From: Acidobacteriota bacterium
GTDB taxonomy: Bacteria > Acidobacteriota > UBA890 > WLXD01
Length of the DNA: 64,000 bases
Assembly: GCA_965205505.1 (NCBI GenBank)
Contig: CBDBHB010000008.1
Location: forward strand, 1,024,001-1,088,000
Direction: 5' to 3'
This document shows, one piece after another, positions 19,614 to 29,828 of the stretch. The notes beneath the pieces were generated by a model that saw only the letters and a list, made by a program, of their open reading frames with translations, had not been told where the DNA came from and ran no database searches. Numbering within the stretch: the first letter of the stretch is position 1; each line of letters starts with the position of its first letter. Made by a program: the position numbers and the translations under genes.

Positions 19614-21575
19614 TTGCCCCCGTCGCTCTCCGTCAGCGTACCGTCCGCTTGCCGCAGACTCTACAATTCCACAGCCACACGACAGGATCCCCGGGTGCCG
19701 TGTATTGTGCGGCCGGTATCGAGGAGTAGGCCTCTGGCCAGCGTGCGCAGCAGACGACGGTTGGGTTCGACGATCCTGCTGATCGCCCTGGTGGTGGGCG
19801 CGCAGCCCGGACAAAGCTCTGCCGCCCGTGGCGTTCAGCAGGGCACCACGCAGACGTTCTTCCGCACCGAGACGCCCGGCGCGCTGCCACCTCTGCTTCG
19901 CAATCTGTCGCCGGTGACGGACGAGGACCTCGAGAACCCGCCCGACGGCGAGTGGCTGAGCCATAGGCGCGGCTACGCGCTCTTGGGTTACTCGCCGTTG
20001 GGCCAGATCAACCGCGACAACGTCACCGAGCTCGAGCTCGTGTGGGCGTGGGCGATGAACGGCCGCCGGACCCAGGTGCAGCCGCTGGTCCACGACGGCG
20101 TGATGTTCCTCAACCAGTCGGCGGACATCATCCAGGCACTCGACGCCGCCTCCGGCGATCTGCTCTGGAGCTACGATCGTGAGCTCCCGGACGGTTTGTT
20201 CCGGTTCGCCTACGCGAACCGCAATATCGCGATCTACGAGGACATGATCATCCTGGCCACCGGCGACGCACACCTAGTGGCCCTCGACGCCCGCACCGGC
20301 CAGGTGCGATGGGACGCAGAGGTCGCGGACCACTTCGAGGGCTACGGGTACTCGGCCGGGCCTATCGTTGCCGACGGCAGAATCATCGCGCCGATGTCGG
20401 GCTGCTACATGATCAACGAGGGCGGCTGCTGGGTCTCCGCCCACGACCCGGACGACGGCTCGGAGATCTGGCGGCGCATCACGATTGCCGCGCCCGACGA
20501 ACCGGGTGGGAAGAGCTGGGGCGGTATTCCGAGCACGGAACGATACGGAGGCTCCGTCTGGATGCCGCCGTCCTATGACCCCGAGACGCGCACGCTGTTC
20601 GTCGGCACGGCGGTTCCCATCCCGTGGGGCCGGGCCCAGCGGGCGGCGGGCGGTGATCTCCTCCACACCAACTCGACGCTGGCGTTGGACACCGTGACCG
20701 GTGAGATCAAGTGGGCGCAGCAGCACATTCCGGCTGGCAACTTCGACATGGATACCGTGTTCGAGCGGCACGTGGTCGTCGCCGAGGCGCGACCCGACCC
20801 CGCAGAGGTCCGGTGGATCACCGACGAACTACCTCAGCAGCCGCTGAAGATGCTGTTCGGCATGTTCGGAAAATCGGGAATCGTTCGCGCCATGGACGCC
20901 GAAACCGGGCGGCTGCTCTGGGCCCGCGAGACCTACTACCAGAACGTCGTGTCGGACATCGACGTGACGACCGGCCGCGCCGATCTGAACGAGAGCCTGA
21001 TGGGCGGCATCGGTGAGACAACGTTCATTTGCCCCAGCCTCGCCGGCGGCCGCAACTGGCCCGGGACTGCGATCGATCCCGACGCAGGGGTCTTCTTCGT
21101 CGGCTTCAACAACACCTGCATGGACTACACGCTCAAGGACGTATCTCCCGAGGCCGGCGCCTACCACGACAGCGCTAGCCTGAGATTGCGCCATCCGCCG
21201 AACTCGGACGGCAACGTCAGCGCGGTGATGGCGATCGAAATCGCGACCGGGCGCCAGCTGTGGCGTCACGACGGGCGCGGGTCCTCGCACAGTGGGGTCG
21301 TCGCCACCGGCGGCGGCCTAGTGTTTCACGGTGATATCAACCGCGACTTGCGGGCCCTGGACTCGCGAAACGGAGAGGAGTTGTGGGCGACGCGCCTACC
21401 GACCCCGGTTCTCGGGAGCGTCGTGACGTACGCCGTCGACGGTGTTCAATACCTGGCGGTGCCAACCGGCAGCACCAGCGGCTTCTACGGGCTCACTCCG
21501 GAGATACCACGGCCGGCGAGCAACTCGGCCTTGTTCGTGTTCCGACTGCGTGGCGCTCGCACGCCGACCGATTAG
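19614..21575 (+). CDS. PQQ-dependent dehydrogenase-like beta-propeller (no haem domain)
   Basis: PVTDEDLENPPDGEWL..R, YSPLGQINRDNV, GGSVW..PSYDP, CPSLAGGRNW, TYAVDGVQYLAV; true start probably about 19743. Confidence 0.85.
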   Translation: MPPSLSVSVPSACRRLYNSTATRQDPRVPCIVRPVSRSRPLASVRSRRRLGSTILLIALVVGAQPGQSSAARGVQQGTTQTFFRTETPGALPPLLRNLSPVTDEDLENPPDGEWLSHRRGYALLGYSPLGQINRDNVTELELVWAWAMNGRRTQVQPLVHDGVMFLNQSADIIQALDAASGDLLWSYDRELPDGLFRFAYANRNIAIYEDMIILATGDAHLVALDARTGQVRWDAEVADHFEGYGYSAGPIVADGRIIAPMSGCYMINEGGCWVSAHDPDDGSEIWRRITIAAPDEPGGKSWGGIPSTERYGGSVWMPPSYDPETRTLFVGTAVPIPWGRAQRAAGGDLLHTNSTLALDTVTGEIKWAQQHIPAGNFDMDTVFERHVVVAEARPDPAEVRWITDELPQQPLKMLFGMFGKSGIVRAMDAETGRLLWARETYYQNVVSDIDVTTGRADLNESLMGGIGETTFICPSLAGGRNWPGTAIDPDAGVFFVGFNNTCMDYTLKDVSPEAGAYHDSASLRLRHPPNSDGNVSAVMAIEIATGRQLWRHDGRGSSHSGVVATGGGLVFHGDINRDLRALDSRNGEELWATRLPTPVLGSVVTYAVDGVQYLAVPTGSTSGFYGLTPEIPRPASNSALFVFRLRGARTPTD

Positions 21576-21648
21576 CGCGAATCCGGCCTCCGGTGACCGC
21601 CGTGACGCACACCACCGGTACAGGAGACCATCGCGATCAGGCGTGACC

Positions 21649-23055
21649 CTACGAGCCTGCCTCCGTGATGCGATAAAGGCGGGATGCCGTGCGCAGGAAC
21701 AGGCTGCCGCGCGCCAACGCCGGCGTCGCCATGATCATCTCGTCGAGGCTGTTGATCCCGAGCACCTCGAACTCCGCCCCGGCCCGGACCACATAAGTGT
21801 CGCCATCCTCGCTGGCGGCGAAGATGCGATCCTTGTACGCCCAGGGTGACGCGGTATAGGCGGTGGCCGCCGAGATACGCCGCTTGTCGTAGATCTCCTC
21901 ACCGGTGCGCGCATCGTGGGCGGTCATGAATCCGCGATCGTAAAGCGTATAGTACTGGTCGCCATAGACGAGCGGTGACGGATTGTAGGGACTCCCTTGC
22001 GGTAGCGACCAGGCGACGTGGTCGTTCGACGTCTCTCCCTTGAGGATCGAGATATCGCCACCGGCACCGGGCCGGATCGCGAAGACGGGTCGATGTTCAT
22101 CGCCTACGTAACCGGAAGCAAGGTATAGGAGGCCGAACTCCGTGAACGGGGTCGGGATCGTAATCGACGACATGCCACCCAACTCCCAGAGCGGCTTGCC
22201 GTCGAGATCGTAGGACCGCACCCGATCGGTGCCCGAAGTAACCACCTCGGTGCGCACCTCGTTTTCCCAGATGAACGGCGTCGCCCAATTGGTCCCCTCG
22301 TCGCGTAGCACCGTCCAGAAGTCCTCGCCGGTGACGGCGTCCACGGAGGCTATGAACGACTGGTCGTCGTTGTCGTTGACGATGTACAGGCGTCCCTCGT
22401 GCAGCGCCGGCGAGGCGGCCGTTCCCCAGCCGTTACGAGTCTGCACCATGGGCCAGCGCCGCTCCCACACCACGCTGCCCTCGAGATCGAGCGCGAACAG
22501 ACCGATGTTGCCGAAGTAGACGTAGATCCGCTTGCCGTCGGTCACCGGCGTCTCGGAAGCGTAGCTGTTCTTGAGATGGCGGGGTGTATCGGGAACACCA
22601 CGGTGCAGCTCCGTTTCCCAGCGCAGCTTACCGGTCTCGACGTCGTAGGCGTACACCACCCAGCGATGGGGGTCCGTGGGGGTCGGTCGCTCGCCGCCGA
22701 AGTAGAGCCCCGGAGTGGGCTCCTCCCCCGGAGCGGAGCTGATCACCGACGTCACCACGATGAGCTCGCCGGTGACGATCGGCGAGCTCCAGCCCATACC
22801 CGGAACCGGGGCATTCCAGACGACGTTGTCGGTTGTGCTCCAGTTGCTCGGAAGGGCGGAGTCGTCCGCGATGCCGCGTCCCCCCGGGCCGCGGAACTGG
22901 CGCCATTCCTGCCCGTCGGATGGCTGGGATGGCAGTCCGGACAGCGCCTGCGAGGTTACCGCCAGCCCCAGCGCCAACATGCCGAGCAGACAGATGAGGA
23001 CGTCGCGTCGATCTGCAGCCCGTCGCGACGAGCTTGGCATGGCAGGTAAGTACAT
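21649..23055 (-). CDS. PQQ-binding-like beta-propeller exported protein
   Basis: WRQFRGP, GWSSPIV, NSYASETPVTDG, GTAASP, YNPSPL, MATPAL..G.LFLRT; start uncertain (23040-23055). Confidence 0.85.
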   Translation of the reverse strand: MYLPAMPSSSRRAADRRDVLICLLGMLALGLAVTSQALSGLPSQPSDGQEWRQFRGPGGRGIADDSALPSNWSTTDNVVWNAPVPGMGWSSPIVTGELIVVTSVISSAPGEEPTPGLYFGGERPTPTDPHRWVVYAYDVETGKLRWETELHRGVPDTPRHLKNSYASETPVTDGKRIYVYFGNIGLFALDLEGSVVWERRWPMVQTRNGWGTAASPALHEGRLYIVNDNDDQSFIASVDAVTGEDFWTVLRDEGTNWATPFIWENEVRTEVVTSGTDRVRSYDLDGKPLWELGGMSSITIPTPFTEFGLLYLASGYVGDEHRPVFAIRPGAGGDISILKGETSNDHVAWSLPQGSPYNPSPLVYGDQYYTLYDRGFMTAHDARTGEEIYDKRRISAATAYTASPWAYKDRIFAASEDGDTYVVRAGAEFEVLGINSLDEMIMATPALARGSLFLRTASRLYRITEAGS

Positions 23056-23155
23056 CGGCTCCCCTGGCTTCCTACGATCCAATAGCGCAATCTTGCCGAC
23101 GAATTCGGCCCGCGTGAAAGGGTGCCGTCTGTCGGACAGCAGGTAAAGGGAAATC

Positions 23156-25186
23156 GTGCACCGCCTGAAGCCACTGCGCGCGAGGTTGATGGGGATCACA
23201 TCCATCCTTCTGGTCGTGTCGTGCACTGCCCCGGCCGGCATCCAGCCTGCGAGCTCCGAGGGCGAGTGGCTCCATCACGGAGGCGATCCAGGGAGCCGCA
23301 AGTACTCTTCGCTCAATCAGATCGACAAGAGCAACGTCAGCGATCTGCGCATCGCGTGGCGATGGGAATCACCGGATGCGGCGATACGCGCCGCGAACCC
23401 CGCGCTACGACCGCCTTTTCTGCACGAGGCCACCCCGATCATGGCAGGTGGCGTCCTGTACACGACCACCTCTTACCATCTGGTCGTAGCGATCGACGCG
23501 GCCACCGGGCAGTCGTTGTGGACCTACGATCCCGGCGTGTGGAAACACAACGCCCGTCGTGGGTCATCCGAAAACCCCGCAAGCAACGCACCACCGAACT
23601 GGGCGTTCGCTCACCGCGGCGTCGCCTACTGGTCGGACGGCCGCACCCAGCGAGTCTACATGGGAACGGGCGATGGACGCTTGATCTCACTGGACGCCGA
23701 GACCGGACGTCCGGACCCGGATTTCGGGGACGCCGGCATTGTCGATCTGACCCAGGGCCTCTCGCGCCCGCTGGTGCGCGGCACGGTCGGTAGAGACAAC
23801 CGGCTCGCCTATGGAGTCAGCTCACCGCCCATGGTTTGCGGGGATGTGCTGGTGGTCGGCTCCAACCTCGTCGACGCGCTCATCGCGTTCGATGGCCCGC
23901 CCGGCGATGTCCTGGGCTACGACGCGCGGACCGGCGAGCAGCTGTGGCGATTCAACACGGTGCCGCAGCCGGCCGGACATGGTGCCGACACCTGGCCGCT
24001 GGACGCCCTCGACACTCATGGAAACGCCAACGTATGGACGCTGATGAGCTATGACCCCGAGCTCAACTACGTCTATCTCCCGGTCAGCGGAACGACCAAC
24101 GACTATTACGGCGGCCACCGCCCGGGCGACAACCTGTTTTCCCAATCGTTGGTCGCCGTGGATGTGGCAACGGGCCGCAGGGTCTGGCACTACCAGCTGA
24201 CTCATCACGGCCTGTGGGACTATGACCTCCCTGCGGCTCCGGTGCTGGCGGACATCGAGGTAAACGGCCGACAGATCAAGGCGGTCGCTCAGGGCTTCAC
24301 CTTCGTGTTCGATCGGGAAACGGGCGAGCCCGTCTGGCCGATAGAGGAACACGAGGTCCCCACCGCGCCGACCGTCGAAGGGGAGATGCTGTCACCGACG
24401 CAACCCTTTCCGACCGTCCCGGAAGCCTTCGAGCGTCAAGGCGTGACGCCCAGCAGCGTCATCGACTTCACGCCGGAGCTCAGACAGGAGGCCTTGACGA
24501 TTCTGCAGCAGTACAACCATGGCCCGCTGTACTCACCGCCGTCAGTGGAGGGCACGTTGATCATGCCGGGAAGAATCGGGGGAGCCAACTGGGGTGGCGC
24601 AGCATTCGACCCCGAAACCGGCGTTCTCTACGTCCCTTCCCTGTCCAAAGTCGACATTTACCGACTCGGCGCGGCGGATTCATCGACCGATTTTCGATTC
24701 GTTCGGGAAGAGTACGCCTGGGGCTCGGGCCCGCAGGGGTTGCCCTTGACCAAGCCGCCCTATGGCCGACTGACAGCCATAGGACTCAACGATCAGGGGC
24801 GGCATCTGTGGATGGTTCCGGTGGGCGAAGGACCGCGGCATCATCCGACGCTTCAGCCACTGGGGTTGCCCGATCTCGGTAGCCCGAGGTTCAGGTTCCC
24901 TCTCGTTACCGAGAACGGTCTGCTCTTCCTGAGCGAGGGGCGCGCCCCGGGCCGCGAGTCGGCATGGTGGGATTACGGCTCCGAAGCATCAACGGAGGAG
25001 TTGGAGGACACGCGTCTTCGCGCCCTGGACAAGGAGAACGGCACGTTGCTGTGGGAGTTCGAGCTGCCGGGTCCTGCGTCCGCACAACCCATGACGTACC
25101 TACACAACGGCCGGCAGTACCTTGTCATCGCCGTTGGAGGAATGGGGCTCTGGAAGCAGGAGCTCCTTGCTTTCGCGCTCCCATGA
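23156..25186 (+). CDS. PQQ-dependent glucose/quinate dehydrogenase-like lipoprotein
   Basis: LVVSC lipobox; YSSLNQIDKSNV, PPGDV.GYD.RTG, GNANVW, HHGLWDYDLPAAP, SPTQPFPT, GGANWGGAAFDP, KPPYGRLTAI. Confidence 0.88.
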   Translation: MHRLKPLRARLMGITSILLVVSCTAPAGIQPASSEGEWLHHGGDPGSRKYSSLNQIDKSNVSDLRIAWRWESPDAAIRAANPALRPPFLHEATPIMAGGVLYTTTSYHLVVAIDAATGQSLWTYDPGVWKHNARRGSSENPASNAPPNWAFAHRGVAYWSDGRTQRVYMGTGDGRLISLDAETGRPDPDFGDAGIVDLTQGLSRPLVRGTVGRDNRLAYGVSSPPMVCGDVLVVGSNLVDALIAFDGPPGDVLGYDARTGEQLWRFNTVPQPAGHGADTWPLDALDTHGNANVWTLMSYDPELNYVYLPVSGTTNDYYGGHRPGDNLFSQSLVAVDVATGRRVWHYQLTHHGLWDYDLPAAPVLADIEVNGRQIKAVAQGFTFVFDRETGEPVWPIEEHEVPTAPTVEGEMLSPTQPFPTVPEAFERQGVTPSSVIDFTPELRQEALTILQQYNHGPLYSPPSVEGTLIMPGRIGGANWGGAAFDPETGVLYVPSLSKVDIYRLGAADSSTDFRFVREEYAWGSGPQGLPLTKPPYGRLTAIGLNDQGRHLWMVPVGEGPRHHPTLQPLGLPDLGSPRFRFPLVTENGLLFLSEGRAPGRESAWWDYGSEASTEELEDTRLRALDKENGTLLWEFELPGPASAQPMTYLHNGRQYLVIAVGGMGLWKQELLAFALP

Positions 25187-25278
25187 TCCCGTCGGCTGGG
25201 AACTGATCTCCGAACACCGGATCAGGCCCGGCCCAAACGAAGTCCGGTTCAGCGTCCGGGCATTCGAGGAGAGGCTAA

Positions 25279-26136
25279 ATGTCCGCGAGAAGAGTCGCCC
25301 TATGGATCCTGGCGGTCGCCGTGGTCTGTTCGTTGGCTGTTTCCAGCACCCAAGCGCAGGAGTCGCCCGTGCGCATCTACAACACCGTGAAGCAGAAACT
25401 GATGGAAGGAAAGTCGGTGGTCGGCGGAACCGTCTCGTCGCCGGATCCGAACATCTACTGTGCGATGGCCAACGCCGGGTTCAATTTCCTCTGGATCGAG
25501 ATGCAGCACAGTCCGCTCGGCTTTCAGGACGTCGCCCGCATGATCTGGGCCTGCAGAGGGGCGCCGGCCATTCCTTTCATCCGCGTGCCCGACGCCACGG
25601 AGGGCGACATCCAGAAAGCGGTGGACATTGGCGCACTGGGAATCATCGTGCCGATGGTCGCCTCGGCGGAGAAGATGGAGCGAGCGGTTCGGTTCGCGAA
25701 GTACCCACCCGTGGGCGAGCGCAGCCAGGGCGGCGGCCAGTACCGAGCGCTTTGGGGCGACGACTACCGTGCGACCGCCAACGACAACATCATGGTGGTT
25801 GCCATGATCGAGCAGACAACCGGTGTAGCCGTTGCGGATGCGATCGCCGCCGTTCCCGGCGTCGACGCGATCTTTGCCGCAGCCACCGACCTCGGGAGCT
25901 TCTCGGGCAAGCGCCAGGGCGATCCGGAGTTCGAAGCAATCGTGACGACGATTCGCGACGCCACTTTGGGGGCGGGGCTGACGCTGGGGGGTCCCCTGGG
26001 CTGGGCGAACCGCGATGGGTTCAGCTTCTTTCAGGCCCCCGACGACACCCGCCTGATCTACTTGGGAGCGCAGGCAACGCTGAACAGCGCCGCTTCGGGA
26101 ATCGCGCGGATCGAGGGCACCGAGCAACAGCGATAA
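25279..26136 (+). CDS. HpcH/HpaI aldolase family protein with signal peptide
   Basis: GGAGAGG RBS; WIEMQHSP, RVP, D.GALGIIVPM, YPP.G.RS.G, MIE, PGVDAIF...DL. Confidence 0.85.
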   Translation: MSARRVALWILAVAVVCSLAVSSTQAQESPVRIYNTVKQKLMEGKSVVGGTVSSPDPNIYCAMANAGFNFLWIEMQHSPLGFQDVARMIWACRGAPAIPFIRVPDATEGDIQKAVDIGALGIIVPMVASAEKMERAVRFAKYPPVGERSQGGGQYRALWGDDYRATANDNIMVVAMIEQTTGVAVADAIAAVPGVDAIFAAATDLGSFSGKRQGDPEFEAIVTTIRDATLGAGLTLGGPLGWANRDGFSFFQAPDDTRLIYLGAQATLNSAASGIARIEGTEQQR

Positions 26137-26147
26137 ACATCAGCCTG

Positions 26148-27221
26148 CTACTGTCCCTCGCTTGTCTCCTCATAGCGCGCGCCGCTCAACACGTTGTAGA
26201 GGGAGTAGTTGCCTTCGTGACAGGCGTACTCGTAGAGCGGTTCGTCGAAACGCTCGAACGGAATCTGGCCTCCCCAGACGCTCGCATACATCGTCGGATC
26301 GTCGATGGTGAACTCGTAGAGAATGGTCTCCTCATCGACTCGGGTGAAGCGCTCGATCACCTTCCCGTCTTCCGAGCGGGGGACACCGCGGAACAAGTGA
26401 TCGGGATTCAAGTTGGTGGTCTCGACCACCAGCGTGTCCCCCTCCCAACGACCCCATGAGTCACCGAACCAGGGACGCATGTCGTTCGGAAGCGATGCGG
26501 GCTCACCGAGCCGGATGATCCGGGCGTCGTGCACCATCTCCGTCATGATCATCACGTGATCGGCGTTCTGCACGATCGTGTAGTTGTTGTTGTACCAGTA
26601 GTTGGGGAGCATCGGCGGACCGGCGTTGGAGCCGAACGACACGAGGCAGCGTTGCGCCAGAGGCAGGAGCTCGGGATGATCGTGCGGGCCGAACTGGCTC
26701 CTGAGCGTGGCACGTTCCTCGACCCGCCGACGTCCCTCGGGCGTCAGCTCCGGCACGACGCCATCCTCTGGGGTCGTGACCAGCGAGCTCCTGGGCACGC
26801 CATTCACTACCGCCACGCGCTCACCGGGCTCCCGGTAGACCTCGTTGTAGCAGCCAGTAGCCGTATCGATGCAGACGGGGTAGGTACCGCCCGTCGTCGG
26901 CGGCGGGCGGTTCGGGTCGCTCGGCGCGGAGCCCTTGGCGACGGTGGCCGCCTGACCCGCCTCGATCTCGGTAACCTGTTCGCGGCTGAGAACGGGCCCC
27001 AGGCCTGGCAGGCGCTCGACCGGGGTAAGCGTAGCGTTGGTCCAGTTCCCTTGAAGATCCGGGTGACCATGCGGCGTCCTGGGCACCTGCCACTGTACGG
27101 CATCGGAAACAGCGCTCTGCGCCGCCGCGGGCGACAACATCGTCGCCACCGACAACGAGATCACTGCGGTAGCCATGGCGCATCGCCTGAGCGACAACGA
27201 GGTCCAGAGATTCACGTTCAT
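26148..27221 (-). CDS. Conserved exported hypothetical protein
   Basis: Signal peptide; PRTP.G.PDLQG.W, GDSWGRWEGDTLVVET, ERFTR, YEYACHEGNY motifs of a common uncharacterised family; GGAG RBS. Confidence 0.8.
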   Translation of the reverse strand: MNVNLWTSLSLRRCAMATAVISLSVATMLSPAAAQSAVSDAVQWQVPRTPHGHPDLQGNWTNATLTPVERLPGLGPVLSREQVTEIEAGQAATVAKGSAPSDPNRPPPTTGGTYPVCIDTATGCYNEVYREPGERVAVVNGVPRSSLVTTPEDGVVPELTPEGRRRVEERATLRSQFGPHDHPELLPLAQRCLVSFGSNAGPPMLPNYWYNNNYTIVQNADHVMIMTEMVHDARIIRLGEPASLPNDMRPWFGDSWGRWEGDTLVVETTNLNPDHLFRGVPRSEDGKVIERFTRVDEETILYEFTIDDPTMYASVWGGQIPFERFDEPLYEYACHEGNYSLYNVLSGARYEETSEGQ

Positions 27222-27530
27222 CTTTGCTCCTCCGAACGGACTGGCGCTCTACGAAGGTTTCCGCACATCGTCGGTCCTTTCACGAGCGCGACGCGCCCAA
27301 GACTGCCCGAGTGGGACACGCGCGCAAGTGTAACCGCAAGCGACGGTTATCATCCAGGCTGCCGCCCGGGTGTCTCCGAACCGACGCCGCCCACCAGGAT
27401 GGCGGATCACTCCCGGGCGCTACCCGGAACGCGCTCATCCCGGTTAGCCTAGAGGGTGCGAGCGAGGTGCCGGAGCGCCAGCAAGCGTTGGTGGAAGTGA
27501 GGCGGGCGTGGCAAGGAGGCGGCTAAGAAG

Positions 27531-28766
27531 ATGAAGATGCATCTCATCGAGCAGCGAACAACAGCGACGGCGGTCATCGCTCTGAGCGTCGTGCTTGCCT
27601 GCGCGCCGCAGGAGCCTGGATCCTCAGAGGAGACGAATCCGGCTCCGGAGTCAGCACCGTTGCGTGCCGCGCACGAAACGGTGAGCGACCCGAGTAACAC
27701 GTTCGTGGACGAGCTCGGGCTAAAGGCTGGTGTGTCGATCGACCATCCCGGCGTGGTGCATCCCGGTTCGGCTGATTTCCCGACCGGGCCGGCGATCGGT
27801 GAGCGACTCCCCGATTTCACCCTGCCGAACCAGCACGGTGAGGCAATCGACTTCCAGCAACACCATGCAGGACAAAAAGCTGTGCTCGTCTTTTATCGGT
27901 CCGCGGTCTGGTGACCGTACTGCATGACGCAGCTGGTCGAGCTGCAAAAGCAGATCACGGAATTCGACACGGCAGGAATCCATGTCTATGGCATCAGCTA
28001 CGATCCACAAGAGGCGCTCAAGAGCTTTTCGGACCGCTACGGGATCACCTACGACCTGCTCTCGGATGTCGGCTCGGTGGTGATCCGACGCTTCGGCATT
28101 CTCAACACCCTCATCGACCCAGAAGATCCCCGAGCCGGCGACTTCTACGGGGTCCCGTTCCCGGGTACGTATGTTGCGGACGAGTTCGGCGTCGTCACCG
28201 AGAAGTTCTTCAGCCGCCACTACGCAACCCGCGAGTCGGCTGGCACGATCCTCGACAAGGCCCTCGGAAAGGTCTTGCTACACGAGGAGTCGCCCCAAGC
28301 CAACGAGCAGGGCGACCGAGTCAGGGTCACCGCCTTCCTATCGGATGCGGATCTGAAACTGGAGGTCATCAACACACTCCATGTTCGCTTGGAGCTGGCC
28401 GAAGGATTTCACCTCTACGGTGAGCCACTCCCCGACGGTTTCTATCCGACCAGAATCAACGTTCGACCGGCTCGTGGCCTGAGAATCGGCGAGCCGGCCT
28501 ACCCGCCGACCACGCCGAAAGAGTTCGAGATTCTCGGTGTAACGCTGAACGTCTACCAGGAGGTCGCTGATATCGCCGTTCCGATCACCGGAACCACCGA
28601 GCTATGGGGGTCTTCTGAATCCGGTGGAGCCGACGGCCAACCGCCGGTCGAGCTGAGTATCTTCGTCGATTATCAGGTTTGCAGCGAAACGATCTGTTAC
28701 CGGCCGCAAAGCGCGCGTCTGATGATCGAGACGACGCTTGCGCCGCTGATTGAGCCGGCGGAATAG
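27531..28766 (+). CDS. Selenoprotein: AhpC/TSA-type redoxin (UxxC) plus DsbD_N-like domain, lipoprotein; Sec TGA at 27912-27914
   Basis: ORFs 27531..27914 and 27924..28766 are in one frame and read FYRSAVW-(TGA)-PYCMTQLVELQ; hairpin GCAGCT-GGTCG-AGCTGC at 27929-27945; AGGAGG RBS, VVLAC lipobox, C-terminal GFHLYG...YQVCSETICY. Confidence 0.88.
27915..27952 (+). promoter_or_regulatory. Candidate bacterial SECIS element
   Basis: 6-bp stem 27929-27934/27940-27945 with a G-initiated 5-nt loop 20 nt after UGA; possible lower TGC/GCA pairing. Confidence 0.65.
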
Positions 28767-28949
28767 GTACCAAACGATGGGGTGTGCCGAAAGCGGCGTA
28801 GGGCGCCGCTCCGGCCGCGTTATCGTTGCCGGAGTCGCGCATGTCACTTTCGGAACGCTTCTATCCCCGACGAAGGTCACGTGGTCCGGGGCTGCGGACG
28901 CGAGCCATGCCCTAGCCGCAAGCGATTCTCATTCATCGCCACTGCCGGA

Positions 28950-29288
28950 AGCCTGTGGCCGGAATTCCGAGCTCATCCGCTACAAGGCCCGACCGCTGCA
29001 CGGCATCTGGGCTACGGCACCGTTCCTGCACAACGGATCGGTGATGAATCTCTACGAGCTGTTGTTGCCGGCCAAGGATCGCCGCCGCGTATTCTACGTT
29101 GGCGGCCGAGAGTTCGATGCCGTCCGGATCGGTCTTGACACGCGGCGCGGGCCAGGGCGCACTCGCGTTGATACATCGCTACCGGGCAACTCGCGCATCG
29201 GCCACGAGTACGCCACGCAGCGACTCAGCAGGACGCAGCGCTGGCGACGCAGCGCTGGCAGCTGATCGAATACCTGAAGACGCTGTAG
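28950..29288 (+). pseudogene. C-terminal remnant of a di-haem cytochrome c peroxidase / RoxA-like protein
   Basis: YKARPLHGIWATAPFLHNGSV..LYELL, FYVG.REFD, DT...GNS..GHE; 14-bp tandem duplication (29232-29259) frameshifts away the terminal QLIEYLKTL*. Confidence 0.75.
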
Positions 29289-29297
29289 TCGGCCGCC

Positions 29298-29666
29298 CTA
29301 GCCTCGTAGAAAACGGCTCCTGAGGCTACCGATGCTCTCGAGCTCACCTTCTTCATCCCGATACTGCCAGAACGCCCAACCGTTGCTCGAGAGCCGATGC
29401 GACCCGGCTCCCAACAACTCGCTGCAAGTGCTGCGGGCATGGCTGGCGGCCGACGAAAGCGTGTCAAAGCACCGACCCATGCAGGTCACCGTTCCGTCCA
29501 GCTCGATCTGAGCCTCGAGCTGCCTGTCGAGGTACATCCTCTCCAACGGCAGCGGCGGAACAATCACACCGGCGTCGATCAGGCCGCTCACTAGCACGCC
29601 CAGCCTCTTGGACGCCGCTGCTGCCTCAGGCTTCTGGGGTCGATCGCGGTCGTGAGCGGGCCGCAT
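29298..29666 (-). pseudogene. Isolated RAMA-like (modified-DNA reader) domain, probably a remnant
   Basis: LIDAGVI.PP..L....L.A.I..DG.V...G..F.TLS.AA....S.NGWAFW pattern, similar to the C-terminus of 62457..63380. Confidence 0.55.
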
Positions 29667-29783
29667 GCGTAAGCCTCCATGGATGCGCGCTGACAGCTCG
29701 GGTGAGCTGCGGCACGCCGCCGGAGAGTCAAGTGTACAACGGCTGGCAAACGTGACCTGCCGCGGGTCGTATGTGAGCGAGTT

Positions 29784-29828
29784 CTAGCAGGCCGTGGTGA
29801 AGAGATTCTGCTAGCAGGCCGTGGTGAA
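29784..29828. repeat. 18-bp direct repeat CTAGCAGGCCGTGGTGAA, two copies
   Basis: Exact copies at 29784-29801 and 29811-29828 separated by 9 nt. Confidence 0.85.
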
